In this document: piece by piece, positions 25,829-34,372 of the stretch | Layout of the letters: every line of letters starts with the position of its first letter | Numbering within the stretch: position 1 is the stretch's first letter | Source of the DNA: Verrucomicrobiota bacterium | GTDB taxonomy: Bacteria > Verrucomicrobiota > Verrucomicrobiia > Limisphaerales > UBA9464 | DNA: 50,008 nucleotides | Direction: 5' to 3' | Assembly: GCA_025360495.1 (NCBI GenBank) | Contig: JANYCC010000314.1 | Location: 1 to 50,008, forward strand | Position numbers and translations under genes: made by a program | Notes under the pieces: generated by a model | Databases searched by the model: none | Told to the model about the DNA's origin: nothing | The model's input: the letters and a program-made list of their open reading frames with translations, nothing else

Positions 25829-28195
25829 ATGCGAGCACATCCGTTTGATTGGGTCCGCTTCGTCGCCCTGGCGGCCCTGGCGGCCTTTTCCGTCGTCGTC
25901 CCGTTGCAGGCCCAAGACAAGGTCCGCGAAGAGTTGTTGCAGAAGGATTTCCCGTTCCAGGGCGCCTGCATCAACGCCAAGTATCCCAAGGGCAACGTCG
26001 CCATGAAGGGCCTCGCCATCCGCCTGGGCCCGGATGCCGCCGTCCTGTTCGACACCGATATGCTCCGCATGGCCGCCGGTTGGACCGGGGGCTACATCAC
26101 CACGCACGGCGTCGTGTTCGACGGTGCCCACGGTCACCATCCGGCGATCGTCGGCGACCAGAAATTCGGAACCGCCGCCGGCCCCGGCGTGGCGGGCGCC
26201 GATGGAAAGTTCGTCGACACCCGGACCGAACCTTTCGGTCCGATCTCCAAGGATCTCGGCCGTTGGGACGGGCTTTATGTCCAAGGCATGGATGTCACCC
26301 TCGCCTACACGGTCCGCGGTACGAAAATCTACGAGCAACCGTCCGTGATCCCGGTGGGCGCCGAAACTGGATTCGTCCGGACCTTCCGATTGGATCCGCC
26401 CCGTTCCGGCGTCGTTTTCAAGAGCCAGAAGGTCGCGGAACCCTTCTCCCTCGTCCTGGTCGATGTCGCGGACGCCAAGTCCTCCGTCGAGGGCCGGGTG
26501 GTGCGGTTGACGGGACCGGACGGTGTCGTGACCCGGATCGGGAGCGAAGGGCTTCCGAAGGGCGCGTCGCTGAAGTTCGAGGACGGCCGGGTGACCCTGC
26601 AGGTGGCCAAGGGAACCCGGGCGACCACTTTCAAAATCACGATTGCGCGGGGGGATGACGCCGCCGGCACAGCCTTCGCCCAAGCCCTTGGCGGCGCGGC
26701 GGTGTTCAAGGACTTCACCCAAGGCGGACCCGCCCATTGGCCCGAGCCCGTCGTCCTCAAAGGTCAGCTCAACACCTCCACCACCCCCGATGGCGCCTAT
26801 GTCACCGATGTCCTGACCGCCCCGGAGAAGAATCCGTGGAACCGGCGGGTGCGCTTCGGCGGCCTGGCCTTCTTCAGCGACGGCCGCCGCGCCGCGCTCT
26901 GCACGCACGATGGCGACGTCTGGATCGTGTCCGGCATCGACGACAGCCTGGAGAAGCTGGAATGGCGCCGGTTCGCCTCGGGCCTGTATGAGTCCCTCGG
27001 CATCGAGATCGTCCACGACACCATCTATGTGTCCGGACGCGACGGTATCACCCGGTTGCAAGACCTGAATCACGATGGCGAGGCGGATTATTATGAGAAC
27101 TTCAACCACGACATCATGTCGACGGAAGGGTTCCATGAGTTCGTGTTCGACCTGCAGGCGGATGCCGCGGGGAATTTCTATTTTGCGAAGGCCAACCCCG
27201 TGAACGGCGGCGGCCGTGGTTTCGGCGATCAAAAGGCCTCCCAAGGCAATGGCACGGTCTGTTCCCATGCCGGTTCGCTCTTCAAGGTGAGCGCGGACGG
27301 GAAGAAGTTTGAGGTCATCGCCCGCGGTTTCCGTGCGCCGAACGGCATCGGGGTGCGTGCCGACGGCCAGGTGACCACCTCCGACAACGAAGGCACTTGG
27401 GTGCCGACCACGCCGATCAACTGGGTCGATGGAAAGACGTTCCACGGCGTGATCAACAAACTCACGCCGCCCGAGACCGCGAAGAACTTCGCCCCGCCGG
27501 TCGTCTGGTTGTCCCACAGCGATTATGACAATTCCGGCGGTGGCCAGATCTGGGTGACCAGCGACAAATGGGGTCCGTATAAGGGCGAGATGCTCCATGA
27601 GTCTTATGGCAAATCGAGCCTCTACCTCGTCATGCGCCAGGACATCTCCCAAGGCCGTCAACAGGGCGGTGTCGTGAAATTCCCACTCAAGTTCACCTCG
27701 TCCGTCATGCGCGCCCGTTTCAATCCGAAAGACGGACAGCTTTATGTCGCCGGCCTTAGCGAATGGCAGTCGAATGCCTCGCGCAACACGGGCCTGGATC
27801 GCGTCCGTTACACCGGCAAACCCGTTTATTCGGTCTCCGGGATCAAGGTCATTTCCGGCGGCGTCCAACTCACATTCCTCCAACCGCTCGACAAGGCGTC
27901 GGCCGAGGATTTGCAGAACTGGAGCGGGAAACGCTGGAATTACCTGCGGAGCGAGGACTACGGATCGCCCGAGTTCAACGTGACGGATCCGAAGAAAAAG
28001 GGTCGCGAGCCGATCAACCTCACCGCGGCGAAGCTTTCGGCGGACGGTCGGACGGTGACGCTGCAGGTCGAGGACATCCGTCAGGTGATGCAGCAATCGA
28101 TCAAGTGGGACTTGGTGGCCCGGGACGGCACCAAGGTCAGCCAGGAGATCCAGCAGACCATCCACGAGGTCCCGGCCGGCGCAGCGCTGAACTGA
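25829..28195 (+). CDS. large secreted beta-propeller protein (PVC putative membrane-bound-dehydrogenase / sorbosone-dehydrogenase-like type), no haem motif seen
   Basis: ATG 25829; signal peptide. N-terminal module: FPFQGACINAKYP ... AIRLG ... LFDTDMLRMAAGWTGGY. Central propeller-like region: DGDVWIVSG ... GLYESLGI ... IYVSGRDGITRLQDLNHDGEADYYENF ... FRAPNGIGVRADGQVTTSDNEG. No CxxCH anywhere. Confidence 0.6.
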   Translation: MRAHPFDWVRFVALAALAAFSVVVPLQAQDKVREELLQKDFPFQGACINAKYPKGNVAMKGLAIRLGPDAAVLFDTDMLRMAAGWTGGYITTHGVVFDGAHGHHPAIVGDQKFGTAAGPGVAGADGKFVDTRTEPFGPISKDLGRWDGLYVQGMDVTLAYTVRGTKIYEQPSVIPVGAETGFVRTFRLDPPRSGVVFKSQKVAEPFSLVLVDVADAKSSVEGRVVRLTGPDGVVTRIGSEGLPKGASLKFEDGRVTLQVAKGTRATTFKITIARGDDAAGTAFAQALGGAAVFKDFTQGGPAHWPEPVVLKGQLNTSTTPDGAYVTDVLTAPEKNPWNRRVRFGGLAFFSDGRRAALCTHDGDVWIVSGIDDSLEKLEWRRFASGLYESLGIEIVHDTIYVSGRDGITRLQDLNHDGEADYYENFNHDIMSTEGFHEFVFDLQADAAGNFYFAKANPVNGGGRGFGDQKASQGNGTVCSHAGSLFKVSADGKKFEVIARGFRAPNGIGVRADGQVTTSDNEGTWVPTTPINWVDGKTFHGVINKLTPPETAKNFAPPVVWLSHSDYDNSGGGQIWVTSDKWGPYKGEMLHESYGKSSLYLVMRQDISQGRQQGGVVKFPLKFTSSVMRARFNPKDGQLYVAGLSEWQSNASRNTGLDRVRYTGKPVYSVSGIKVISGGVQLTFLQPLDKASAEDLQNWSGKRWNYLRSEDYGSPEFNVTDPKKKGREPINLTAAKLSADGRTVTLQVEDIRQVMQQSIKWDLVARDGTKVSQEIQQTIHEVPAGAALN

Positions 28196-28204
28196 GAAGA
28201 CGGT

Positions 28205-28221
28205 GCCGATTTCCCATCGGC
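28205..28221 (+). terminator. GCCGAT-TTCCC-ATCGGC hairpin (copy 2 of the repeated element)
   Basis: It lies 9 nt after the TGA at 28193..28195 and is preceded by GACGGT, as in copy 1. Confidence 0.4.
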
Positions 28222-28225
28222 CTGC

Positions 28226-28294
28226 GTAGCCGACGAGGTACGAGGCGGACCCCGACAGGCCATGGGAGATCCGCCTCCTCACGTCGTCGGCTAC
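28226..28294. repeat. long imperfect inverted repeat (about 24-bp arms, 20-nt loop)
   Basis: GTAGCCGACGAGGTACGAGGCGGA (28226..28249) versus the reverse complement of 28270..28294, GTAGCCGACGACGTGAGGAGGCGGA. A third partial copy, CCGTAGCCGCCCATGGGA, follows at 28301. Confidence 0.7.
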
Positions 28295-28353
28295 GGTCAT
28301 CCGTAGCCGCCCATGGGAATGCGCCGCCTGCGTGTGAGGCCGTGACGGCGACT

Positions 28354-28369
28354 GCCGATTTCCATCGGC
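28354..28369. terminator. GCCGAT-TTCC-ATCGGC hairpin (copy 3)
   Basis: The 16-nt core is identical to 2181..2196 and is preceded by GACGGCGACT. It ends 2 nt from the TrmH-family stop codon (28372..28374, minus strand). Confidence 0.4.
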
Positions 28370-28371
28370 TG

Positions 28372-29187
28372 CTACGTTCTGCCGTTCCGCTGGCGCCACG
28401 CCTCATAGAAGAACACCGCCGAGGCATTGCCCACGTTCAGCGAATCCACGCCCGACTGCATCGGGATCGCCACCGCCTCATCGCACGCCGCCCGCACCTC
28501 GGGGCGGATACCCTCGCTCTCGGAACCCAGCACGATGCAGCAGTCGCCCGCGAGATCGGCCTGCGGGAGCAAGCGCTGGCGGGTATGGGGATGCGCCGCC
28601 AGACATCGCACTCCCGCCGTCCGCAACGCGTGCAGCGTTGCCACGAGACCGTCGCTGAGATGGTAGGGAATCTTGAACGCGGTGCCCATGCAGGTCCGCA
28701 CCGAGCGCCGCAGGTACGGGTGGGCGCTGGTTTCCCCCACGATCAACGCCTGCACGCCCAACGCCACCGCATTGCGCAGGACCAATCCGATGTTCACCGC
28801 GTTCATCACCACATCGACTGCGGTGAAAAGTCGGGGACACGGCAGTGCAAGCAGGTCCTCCAGCGTGGTTGGCGCCGGGACACGTCCGACTCCGAACGCA
28901 CCTTGTATCAACTTGAGTCCGGTCAACCGGGCCATGATCTCCTCCGGCGCCACGAACAACGGGACTTCGTCGGGTCGGGCGGCCAATAAGGTCCGATAGT
29001 CGGCCTCCCACTTCGGGGACACGATCACGGACGCGACGCCATGCGGCGACTCGACCAGGCGGCGTGTGATCTTCTCGCCCTCCGCGATGAACACCCCTTG
29101 GTCGAGGTGGTCGCCTTGGGCCCGCAGGTTGCGGTAGGGAGCCAGACGCGGGTCCTCGAAGTCAGTGATGGTTTCGACGGTGAACAT
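28372..29187 (-). CDS. TrmH/SpoU-family RNA 2'-O-methyltransferase
   Basis: ATG 29187. C-terminal SPOUT motifs: NIGLVLRNAVALGVQALIV, CIVLGSESEGIRPEV, AIPMQSGVDSLNVGNASAVFFYE. Confidence 0.85.
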   Translation of the reverse strand: MFTVETITDFEDPRLAPYRNLRAQGDHLDQGVFIAEGEKITRRLVESPHGVASVIVSPKWEADYRTLLAARPDEVPLFVAPEEIMARLTGLKLIQGAFGVGRVPAPTTLEDLLALPCPRLFTAVDVVMNAVNIGLVLRNAVALGVQALIVGETSAHPYLRRSVRTCMGTAFKIPYHLSDGLVATLHALRTAGVRCLAAHPHTRQRLLPQADLAGDCCIVLGSESEGIRPEVRAACDEAVAIPMQSGVDSLNVGNASAVFFYEAWRQRNGRT

Positions 29188-29202
29188 TCGGAGGGGCGCG
29201 GC

Positions 29203-30645
29203 CTAAATACGTTTGAGCTTGGGCCCCTTCGCCGTGTCCTCAATGGTCCAACCAAGCGCCTTCAATTCGCCCCGGATTGCGTCGGCCCGGGCGAAATCCT
29301 TCGCCTTCTTGGCCGCCGTCCGGGCTTCCACCAGGGCCAAGGCTTCCGCGGGCGCCTCGGCAGACGGACGCCCGCCCAACCCCAGCACGCCATCGACGGT
29401 TCCCCACGCCGCGAGTTCGGCCGCCGCCCGCGTCGGGTCGAGTTCCCCGCCGGCCAAGGCCCGATTGGTGTCGCGAACCCAGTCGAACACCACGCCCCAC
29501 GCCTTGGAAACGTTCAGGTCGTCATCCAACGCGGCGGTGAAGGCCTCGACCAAGGCCGGGGCCGGCGCGGCGATGGCCGGGCCGGCCAGTTCGCGGAGTT
29601 TGCCGGTGCATTCGTCGATCCGGGCCAGTGCGGTGCGTGCGCCCTCGAGACCGTCGAGGGTGAAGTTGAAGGTCTCCCGATAATGGGCGCTGATCAGGAG
29701 TTGGCGCACGTCCCGTCCCGTGAATCCGCGCGCAAGGAGGTCGCGCACGGTGAAATAGTTCCCGAGCGACTTGCTCATCTTGCGGCCCTCGACGAGCAGA
29801 TGGGCGGCGTGCAGCCAATACTTCACGAAGGGTCGTCGGGCTTCCCACAATCCCCCCGCCAATCCTCCCGCACCCTCGCTCTGGGCGATCTCATCCTCGT
29901 GATGGGGAAAGGCCAGGTCCTCGCCACCGACGTGCAGGTCGAAGCCGTCGCCCAGGATTTCGAGGCTCATCGCCGAACACTCGATATGCCAACCGGGCCG
30001 GCCCGGACCCCACGGGCTCTCCCAGAAAACCCCGCCGTCCTCCGGCACCCGGGCTTTCCATAGGGCGAAATCGGCCACGTGCTCCTTGTCGTATTCGTCG
30101 GCCTTCACGGGTCCGGCCGGACGTTGTTCCTCGAGGTTGAGGTTCACGAGTTGCCCATACCGGCAGGCGCACCCCGGCCAGCGTTCGGCGGCACGGTATT
30201 TATCGATGCTGAAATAGACGGAACCATCGGCCGCGCGATAAGCCAATCCCCGCTCCATCAACCGCGCGATCAGCCGCAGCATGGCCGCGATGTGGTCCGT
30301 GGCCCGGGGCATCTGGTGCGGCCGCCGGCAGCCCAGGGCGTCGAGGTCCTGCAGGAAGGCGTCGATGTATTGGCGCGTGTATTCTCGGAGATCCAGGCCG
30401 GTTTCATGGACGCGCCGGATGATCTTGTCCTCGACGTCCGTGATGTTCATCACGTGGTTCACCGCAAATCCGCGGAACTCAAGATGGCGCCGGACGAGAT
30501 CGCTGAAAACGAAGGTGCGGAAGTTCCCGATGTGCCCGAAGTCGTAGACCGTGGGACCGCAACAGTACATTCCCACTGCCGGGGCGGCGATCGGTGCGAA
30601 CTCTTCGGTGGCACGGGTCAGGGTGTTGAAAAACCGCAAAGCCAT
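29203..30645 (-). CDS. cysS: cysteine--tRNA ligase
   Basis: MALRFFNTLTR ... MYCCGPTVYDFGHIGNFRTFVFSDL (HIGH-type motif), HIECSAMS, HVGGEDLAFPHHEDEIAQSE, KMSKS (GRKMSKSLGN). Confidence 0.95.
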   Translation of the reverse strand: MALRFFNTLTRATEEFAPIAAPAVGMYCCGPTVYDFGHIGNFRTFVFSDLVRRHLEFRGFAVNHVMNITDVEDKIIRRVHETGLDLREYTRQYIDAFLQDLDALGCRRPHQMPRATDHIAAMLRLIARLMERGLAYRAADGSVYFSIDKYRAAERWPGCACRYGQLVNLNLEEQRPAGPVKADEYDKEHVADFALWKARVPEDGGVFWESPWGPGRPGWHIECSAMSLEILGDGFDLHVGGEDLAFPHHEDEIAQSEGAGGLAGGLWEARRPFVKYWLHAAHLLVEGRKMSKSLGNYFTVRDLLARGFTGRDVRQLLISAHYRETFNFTLDGLEGARTALARIDECTGKLRELAGPAIAAPAPALVEAFTAALDDDLNVSKAWGVVFDWVRDTNRALAGGELDPTRAAAELAAWGTVDGVLGLGGRPSAEAPAEALALVEARTAAKKAKDFARADAIRGELKALGWTIEDTAKGPKLKRI

Positions 30646-30665
30646 AAGCGGGGAGGACTGTAAAC

Positions 30666-30737
30666 GGGGATCGGGGATGCGTAATCAGTAATCAGTGGTC
30701 AGTGGTCAGGGTGACGCCTCACGCCTCACGCCTGTCA
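30666..30737. repeat. heptanucleotide tandem array 2
   Basis: GGGGATC GGGGATG CGTAATC AGTAATC AGTGGTC AGTGGTC AGGGTGA CGCCTCA CGCCTCA CGCCTGT. In the array-1 phase it reads TAATCAG TAATCAG TGGTCAG TGGTCAG. It starts 20 nt upstream of the cysS ATG, in the divergent cysS / 30819 spacer. Confidence 0.85.
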
Positions 30738-30818
30738 CCTTGAGAAAGTTGTGCCCGTTGGACCGTCTTCAGGATTCCCCCCGGGACCGGGCACGGGGTA
30801 GGGTGACCGCGATATCGC

Positions 30819-32291
30819 ATGAGCCTTCCACGCTTTTCCGTCCGCCGACCCCTGGCGATCCTGGCCGTTGCCACAATCGGGTTGCTCGCGGCCGTCTCCC
30901 TCCGCGCCGGCGGTCCCTTCCACATCCCGTCGCCCGCCGCCAATCCCAACAGCCGGGCTCTCGAAACCGCCCTCGACCGCTACGTGGCCACGCCGGATCC
31001 GGCCTACGCATGGCACACCGTCGCCACCAACTCCCAGGACGGTGCGACCGTCGTCTCCATCGACCTCACGTCGCAGAGTTGGCTGACGACCAATGAGGTC
31101 AATCGCACCCTGTGGCGCCACTGGCTGACCATCGTGCGCCCGGCCAACGTGCAGTCGGACACGGCCCTGCTGTTCATCACCGGCGGCAGCAACCGTGACG
31201 AGAAACCCCCCAAGGCCGGCAACGAAATGGTGCGCATCGCCCTCGCCACCCACTCGATTGTCGCCGAATTGAAGATGGTGCCGAACCAGGCCCTGATCTT
31301 CGGTCGGGACGGCCAGGAACGGGTCGAGGACGACCTGATCGCGTACACGTGGGACAAGTACCTGCGGACGGGAGACGAGCGCTGGCCGGCGCGATTGCCC
31401 ATGACGAAATCGGCGGTGCGCGCCATGGATACCGTGGAGGCTTGGACCTCGAGCGCGGCCGGAGGCGGCCGGAAGGTCGGCAAGTTCGTGGTGGCCGGCG
31501 GTTCGAAACGCGGCTGGACCACGTGGACCAGCGCGATCGTGGATCGGCGGGTCGTGGCGATCTGCCCGATCGTGATCGATGCGCTCAACCTGGTCCCTTC
31601 CATGGTCCACCATTACCGGGCCTACGGGTTCTTTTCGCCCGCAGTCGGCAACTACACCCAACAGGGAATCATGGATTGGATGGGCACGCCCGAGTTGACG
31701 GCTCTGTATCGGATTGAGGACCCGTTCAGCTACCGCGATCGCCTGACGATGCCCAAGCTCCTGATGAACGCGTGCGGCGACCAGTTCTTCCTCCCGGATT
31801 CCTCGCAGTTCTATTTCGACCGTCTGCCGGGCGTGAAATACCTGCGTTACGTGCCCAATGCCGACCATTCCCTGAAAGGCAGCGATGCCTATGAAACCCT
31901 CGCCGCCTGGCATCATGCCACGATCAACCACACCACCCTGCCGCGGTTCACGTGGTCGAATGAAACCGATGGATCCATCCGGGTGGTGGCCGCGGACCAC
32001 CCGAAGGCGGTCAAGCTCTGGCAGATCAACAATCCGCTCGCCCGGGATTTCCGGCTCGAGGTGGTCGGACCCGGTTGGTGGGCGACCCAACTCGAGGACG
32101 CCGGCGCCGGAGTGTACCGCGGTTCCGCCATCACCCCGTCCAAAGGTTGGACCGCCTCCATGATCGAGCTCTCCTTCGACGTCGGTGCCCCCGTGTTGCT
32201 CAAGCTCACGACCGCTGTGCGGGTGACTCCGGACACCCTGCCTTTCGCCATGGTCGAGCCGGTCCGTCCGAAGGGCTTTCTCCAACATTGA
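30819..32291 (+). CDS. PhoPQ-activated pathogenicity-related (PqaA/AprA-like) family protein, secreted
   Basis: ATG 30819; signal peptide; LDRYVATPDPAYAWH ... IDLTSQSWLT ... WRHWLTIVRP ... ALLFITGGSN ... LPMTKSAVRAMD ... FVVAGGSKRGWTTW ... DRRVVAICPIVID. This matches the PhoPQ_related family pattern as I remember it. Confidence 0.75.
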   Translation: MSLPRFSVRRPLAILAVATIGLLAAVSLRAGGPFHIPSPAANPNSRALETALDRYVATPDPAYAWHTVATNSQDGATVVSIDLTSQSWLTTNEVNRTLWRHWLTIVRPANVQSDTALLFITGGSNRDEKPPKAGNEMVRIALATHSIVAELKMVPNQALIFGRDGQERVEDDLIAYTWDKYLRTGDERWPARLPMTKSAVRAMDTVEAWTSSAAGGGRKVGKFVVAGGSKRGWTTWTSAIVDRRVVAICPIVIDALNLVPSMVHHYRAYGFFSPAVGNYTQQGIMDWMGTPELTALYRIEDPFSYRDRLTMPKLLMNACGDQFFLPDSSQFYFDRLPGVKYLRYVPNADHSLKGSDAYETLAAWHHATINHTTLPRFTWSNETDGSIRVVAADHPKAVKLWQINNPLARDFRLEVVGPGWWATQLEDAGAGVYRGSAITPSKGWTASMIELSFDVGAPVLLKLTTAVRVTPDTLPFAMVEPVRPKGFLQH

Positions 32292-32307
32292 GCCACTGGG
32301 ATTCCCC

Positions 32308-33168
32308 ATGAAACTTTGCCGATTCAACACCCCTTCGAACCCGTCCCCAAGGATCGGGTTGGTCACTGACGGGGGCGCCCTGGTGGATCTGACCGCGGCG
32401 GGTGTGGATAGCCTGACCGCGTTGCTGGAAGCGACCGATCTTCCCGGCCTTCTCAGCGCCTTGGCCCAAGGGAGGTCCCCACGACTTGCCCTCCCTGAAG
32501 TCTCCCTGCTCGCCCCGGTGGAAAACCAGGAAGTCTGGGCCGCGGGGGTCACCTATCTGCGCAGCAAGAAGGCCCGGATGGAGGAGTCCGACTTCAGCGC
32601 CACTGCCTATGACCGGGTTTATGACGCGGATCGCCCGGAGCTTTTCTTCAAATCGTTGCCACAAAAGGTCGTTGGGCCGGAAGCCAACGTGGGGATCCGG
32701 GCCGATTCCAAATGGAACATTCCGGAACCGGAATTGGCCTTGGTGCTGAACCGGCGCGGGGAAGTGGTCGGGTTCACGGCGGGCAATGACATGTCGTCGC
32801 GCGACATTGAAGGGGAGAACCTTTTATACCTGCCCCAAGCCAAGATGTACCGGGCCTCCTGCGCCCTCGGTCCGTTCATCGTGGTGGGGGTGGACGAGGC
32901 GACCGTCCGGAGTTGGACCATCGGGGTGCGCATTGAGCGGGACGGGGCGATGGTGTTTTCGGGCGAGACGGCGGTGGGCAACATCAAGCGCGGTTTTGGC
33001 GAACTGGCGGGTTGGTTGACCCGGAGCCAGGAATTTCCCGCCGGAGCCATCCTGTTCACCGGCACCGGCGTCGTGCCGCCCAATGACTTCACGCTCGCCG
33101 CCGGGGATGTCATCAGCGTCCACGTGTCCGGCATCGGCACCCTGACGAACACGGTGGTCGTGGTCTGA
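32308..33168 (+). CDS. fumarylacetoacetate hydrolase (FAH) family protein
   Basis: ATG 32308; KVVGPEANVGIRADSKWNIPEPELALVLNRRGEVVGFTAGNDMSSRDIEGENLLYLPQAKMY; C-terminal LFTGTGVVPPNDFTLAAGDVISVHVSGIGTLTNTV. These are typical FAH-fold motifs. Confidence 0.8.
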   Translation: MKLCRFNTPSNPSPRIGLVTDGGALVDLTAAGVDSLTALLEATDLPGLLSALAQGRSPRLALPEVSLLAPVENQEVWAAGVTYLRSKKARMEESDFSATAYDRVYDADRPELFFKSLPQKVVGPEANVGIRADSKWNIPEPELALVLNRRGEVVGFTAGNDMSSRDIEGENLLYLPQAKMYRASCALGPFIVVGVDEATVRSWTIGVRIERDGAMVFSGETAVGNIKRGFGELAGWLTRSQEFPAGAILFTGTGVVPPNDFTLAAGDVISVHVSGIGTLTNTVVVV

Positions 33169-33190
33169 ATCGTCCGGAGGCACGAACAAT

Positions 33191-33304
33191 CCGGAGGGAC
33201 GAGTCATACGAATCCCCAATCGATCCCACCGCTCGGAGGGAAGAGTTACACGAGTCCCCAATCAAACCGGGGGAAAATGGGACTCTCGGAGCTCGTCCCT
33301 CCGG
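33191..33304. repeat. cluster of three REP-like repeats (two direct, one inverted)
   Basis: Copy B, 33191..33218: CCGGAGGGACGAGTCATACGAATCCCCA. Copy C, 33233..33260: TCGGAGGGAAGAGTTACACGAGTCCCCA. Copy D, 33278..33304, is inverted (reverse complement CCGGAGGGACGAGCTCCGAGAGTCCCA). C and D can pair into a long hairpin. A related copy A is at 13013..13040. Confidence 0.8.
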
Positions 33305-33321
33305 GCCTTGGTTGGCGCGAT

Positions 33322-33669
33322 TCAACCCGGCTCAATATTGGCTGCAACCAACCGATCCAGCAGGACCTCGGTGACCCCGGTCTCACTTTCGCTTTGGAAG
33401 CTGCCTTCAAACGCGAGCACGAAGAATCCGCTGAAGGGCTCCAATAACCGGCTCAACATCATCAGGCAGACCGGGGAAATCTCCTCCGGACGCGCGCGCA
33501 GGGAAATGAAACCCCGGGTCAGGGGGGTGTCATTGGCGTCCGCGAGGGTCGCCTCCGGAAAATTCACGATCAATCCGTAGCCCGGCTGGGTGAGGTCGCG
33601 CGGAGCATGCTGTAGCTGCGAGATCCGGGCGTTGGTGACCTCGATGCGGAGCAGGGACGTGTCGGGCAT
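33322..33669 (-). CDS. hypothetical protein (115 aa)
   Basis: ATG 33669 within track ORF 33322..33789. No signal peptide and no recognisable motif. The coding call rests on ORF length and codon pattern only. Confidence 0.4.
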   Translation of the reverse strand: MPDTSLLRIEVTNARISQLQHAPRDLTQPGYGLIVNFPEATLADANDTPLTRGFISLRARPEEISPVCLMMLSRLLEPFSGFFVLAFEGSFQSESETGVTEVLLDRLVAANIEPG

Positions 33670-33899
33670 GGGATGGATCTCCAGAAGGCCGGGTTTTGTC
33701 GGACAGCGGATGCCGGCATATTGGAATCCTGCGCCCTCCGCGGAAAGTCGGGAGGGGCGAAATGGCCGCGGTGACCGATCCACCACCATCGGAGCCTGCG
33801 CCCCGACTTGGGTCGGCCGAAAAAAGCAGGCTTGGCAGGCACCCCCGATGAGGCATCCTGATTGCGAAACCTCCCGCCCCCACCGACTCCCAGATTGCC

Positions 33900-34340
33900 A
33901 TGAACCCGGATGACAAGACCGCTTTCAAAGCCCTGTTAGCCATCGGCGCCGTCGGCTTGGCGGTGGGCTTGGTGGTGTACTTCGCGATCCTGGCCGGCAT
34001 TTGCTGGATGATCTCCAATGCGCTGGAGCGGGTGCCGCGGGAACATCGGAAAATGGAACCGGGCCAGGTCTGGCTGCTCATGATCCCGTGCTTCAACATC
34101 GTCTGGAATTTCTTCGTGTTCCAGCGCGTGCCCGATTCCTTCGCGTCCTATTTCGCCAGCGTGGGCCGGACCGATGCCGGGGATTCGGGAAAGCAATTGG
34201 GCCTCTGGTTCGCCATCACCCGGGCGGTGGTTGTGGTGCCCATCGTGAACTACATCGCCGGTCCGGCGGCGCTGGTCTTGCTGATCCTCTGCCTCGTCAA
34301 GTTCCAAGACCTCAAGGGCCGGATCCAGGAACCCCTTTGA
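33900..34340 (+). CDS. hypothetical integral membrane protein
   Basis: ATG 33900. Helices: ALLAIGAVGLAVGLVVYFAILAGICWMI, VWLLMIPCFNIVWNFFVF, LWFAITRAVVVVPIVNYIAGPAALVLLILCLV. Only loosely DUF4328-like. Confidence 0.6.
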   Translation: MNPDDKTAFKALLAIGAVGLAVGLVVYFAILAGICWMISNALERVPREHRKMEPGQVWLLMIPCFNIVWNFFVFQRVPDSFASYFASVGRTDAGDSGKQLGLWFAITRAVVVVPIVNYIAGPAALVLLILCLVKFQDLKGRIQEPL

Positions 34341-34372
34341 ACCCCCCCTTGGCGTCCCCATGAGCGCCCGAC

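Noticed and set aside
24035-28399. 1454-aa minus-strand ORF, the longest ORF in the window
   Set aside because: It runs antisense to four well-supported plus-strand genes: the Cys-rich protein, larE, the 788-aa propeller, and part of the spacer. Its translation is G/R/A/P/D/H-rich with no domain-like motif. In GC-rich DNA the antisense frames of genes with G/C-rich third positions are nearly stop-free, so this is a shadow ORF.
30735-32552. 605-aa minus-strand ORF
   Set aside because: It is antisense to the PhoPQ-related family gene, which has clear family motifs and a signal peptide.
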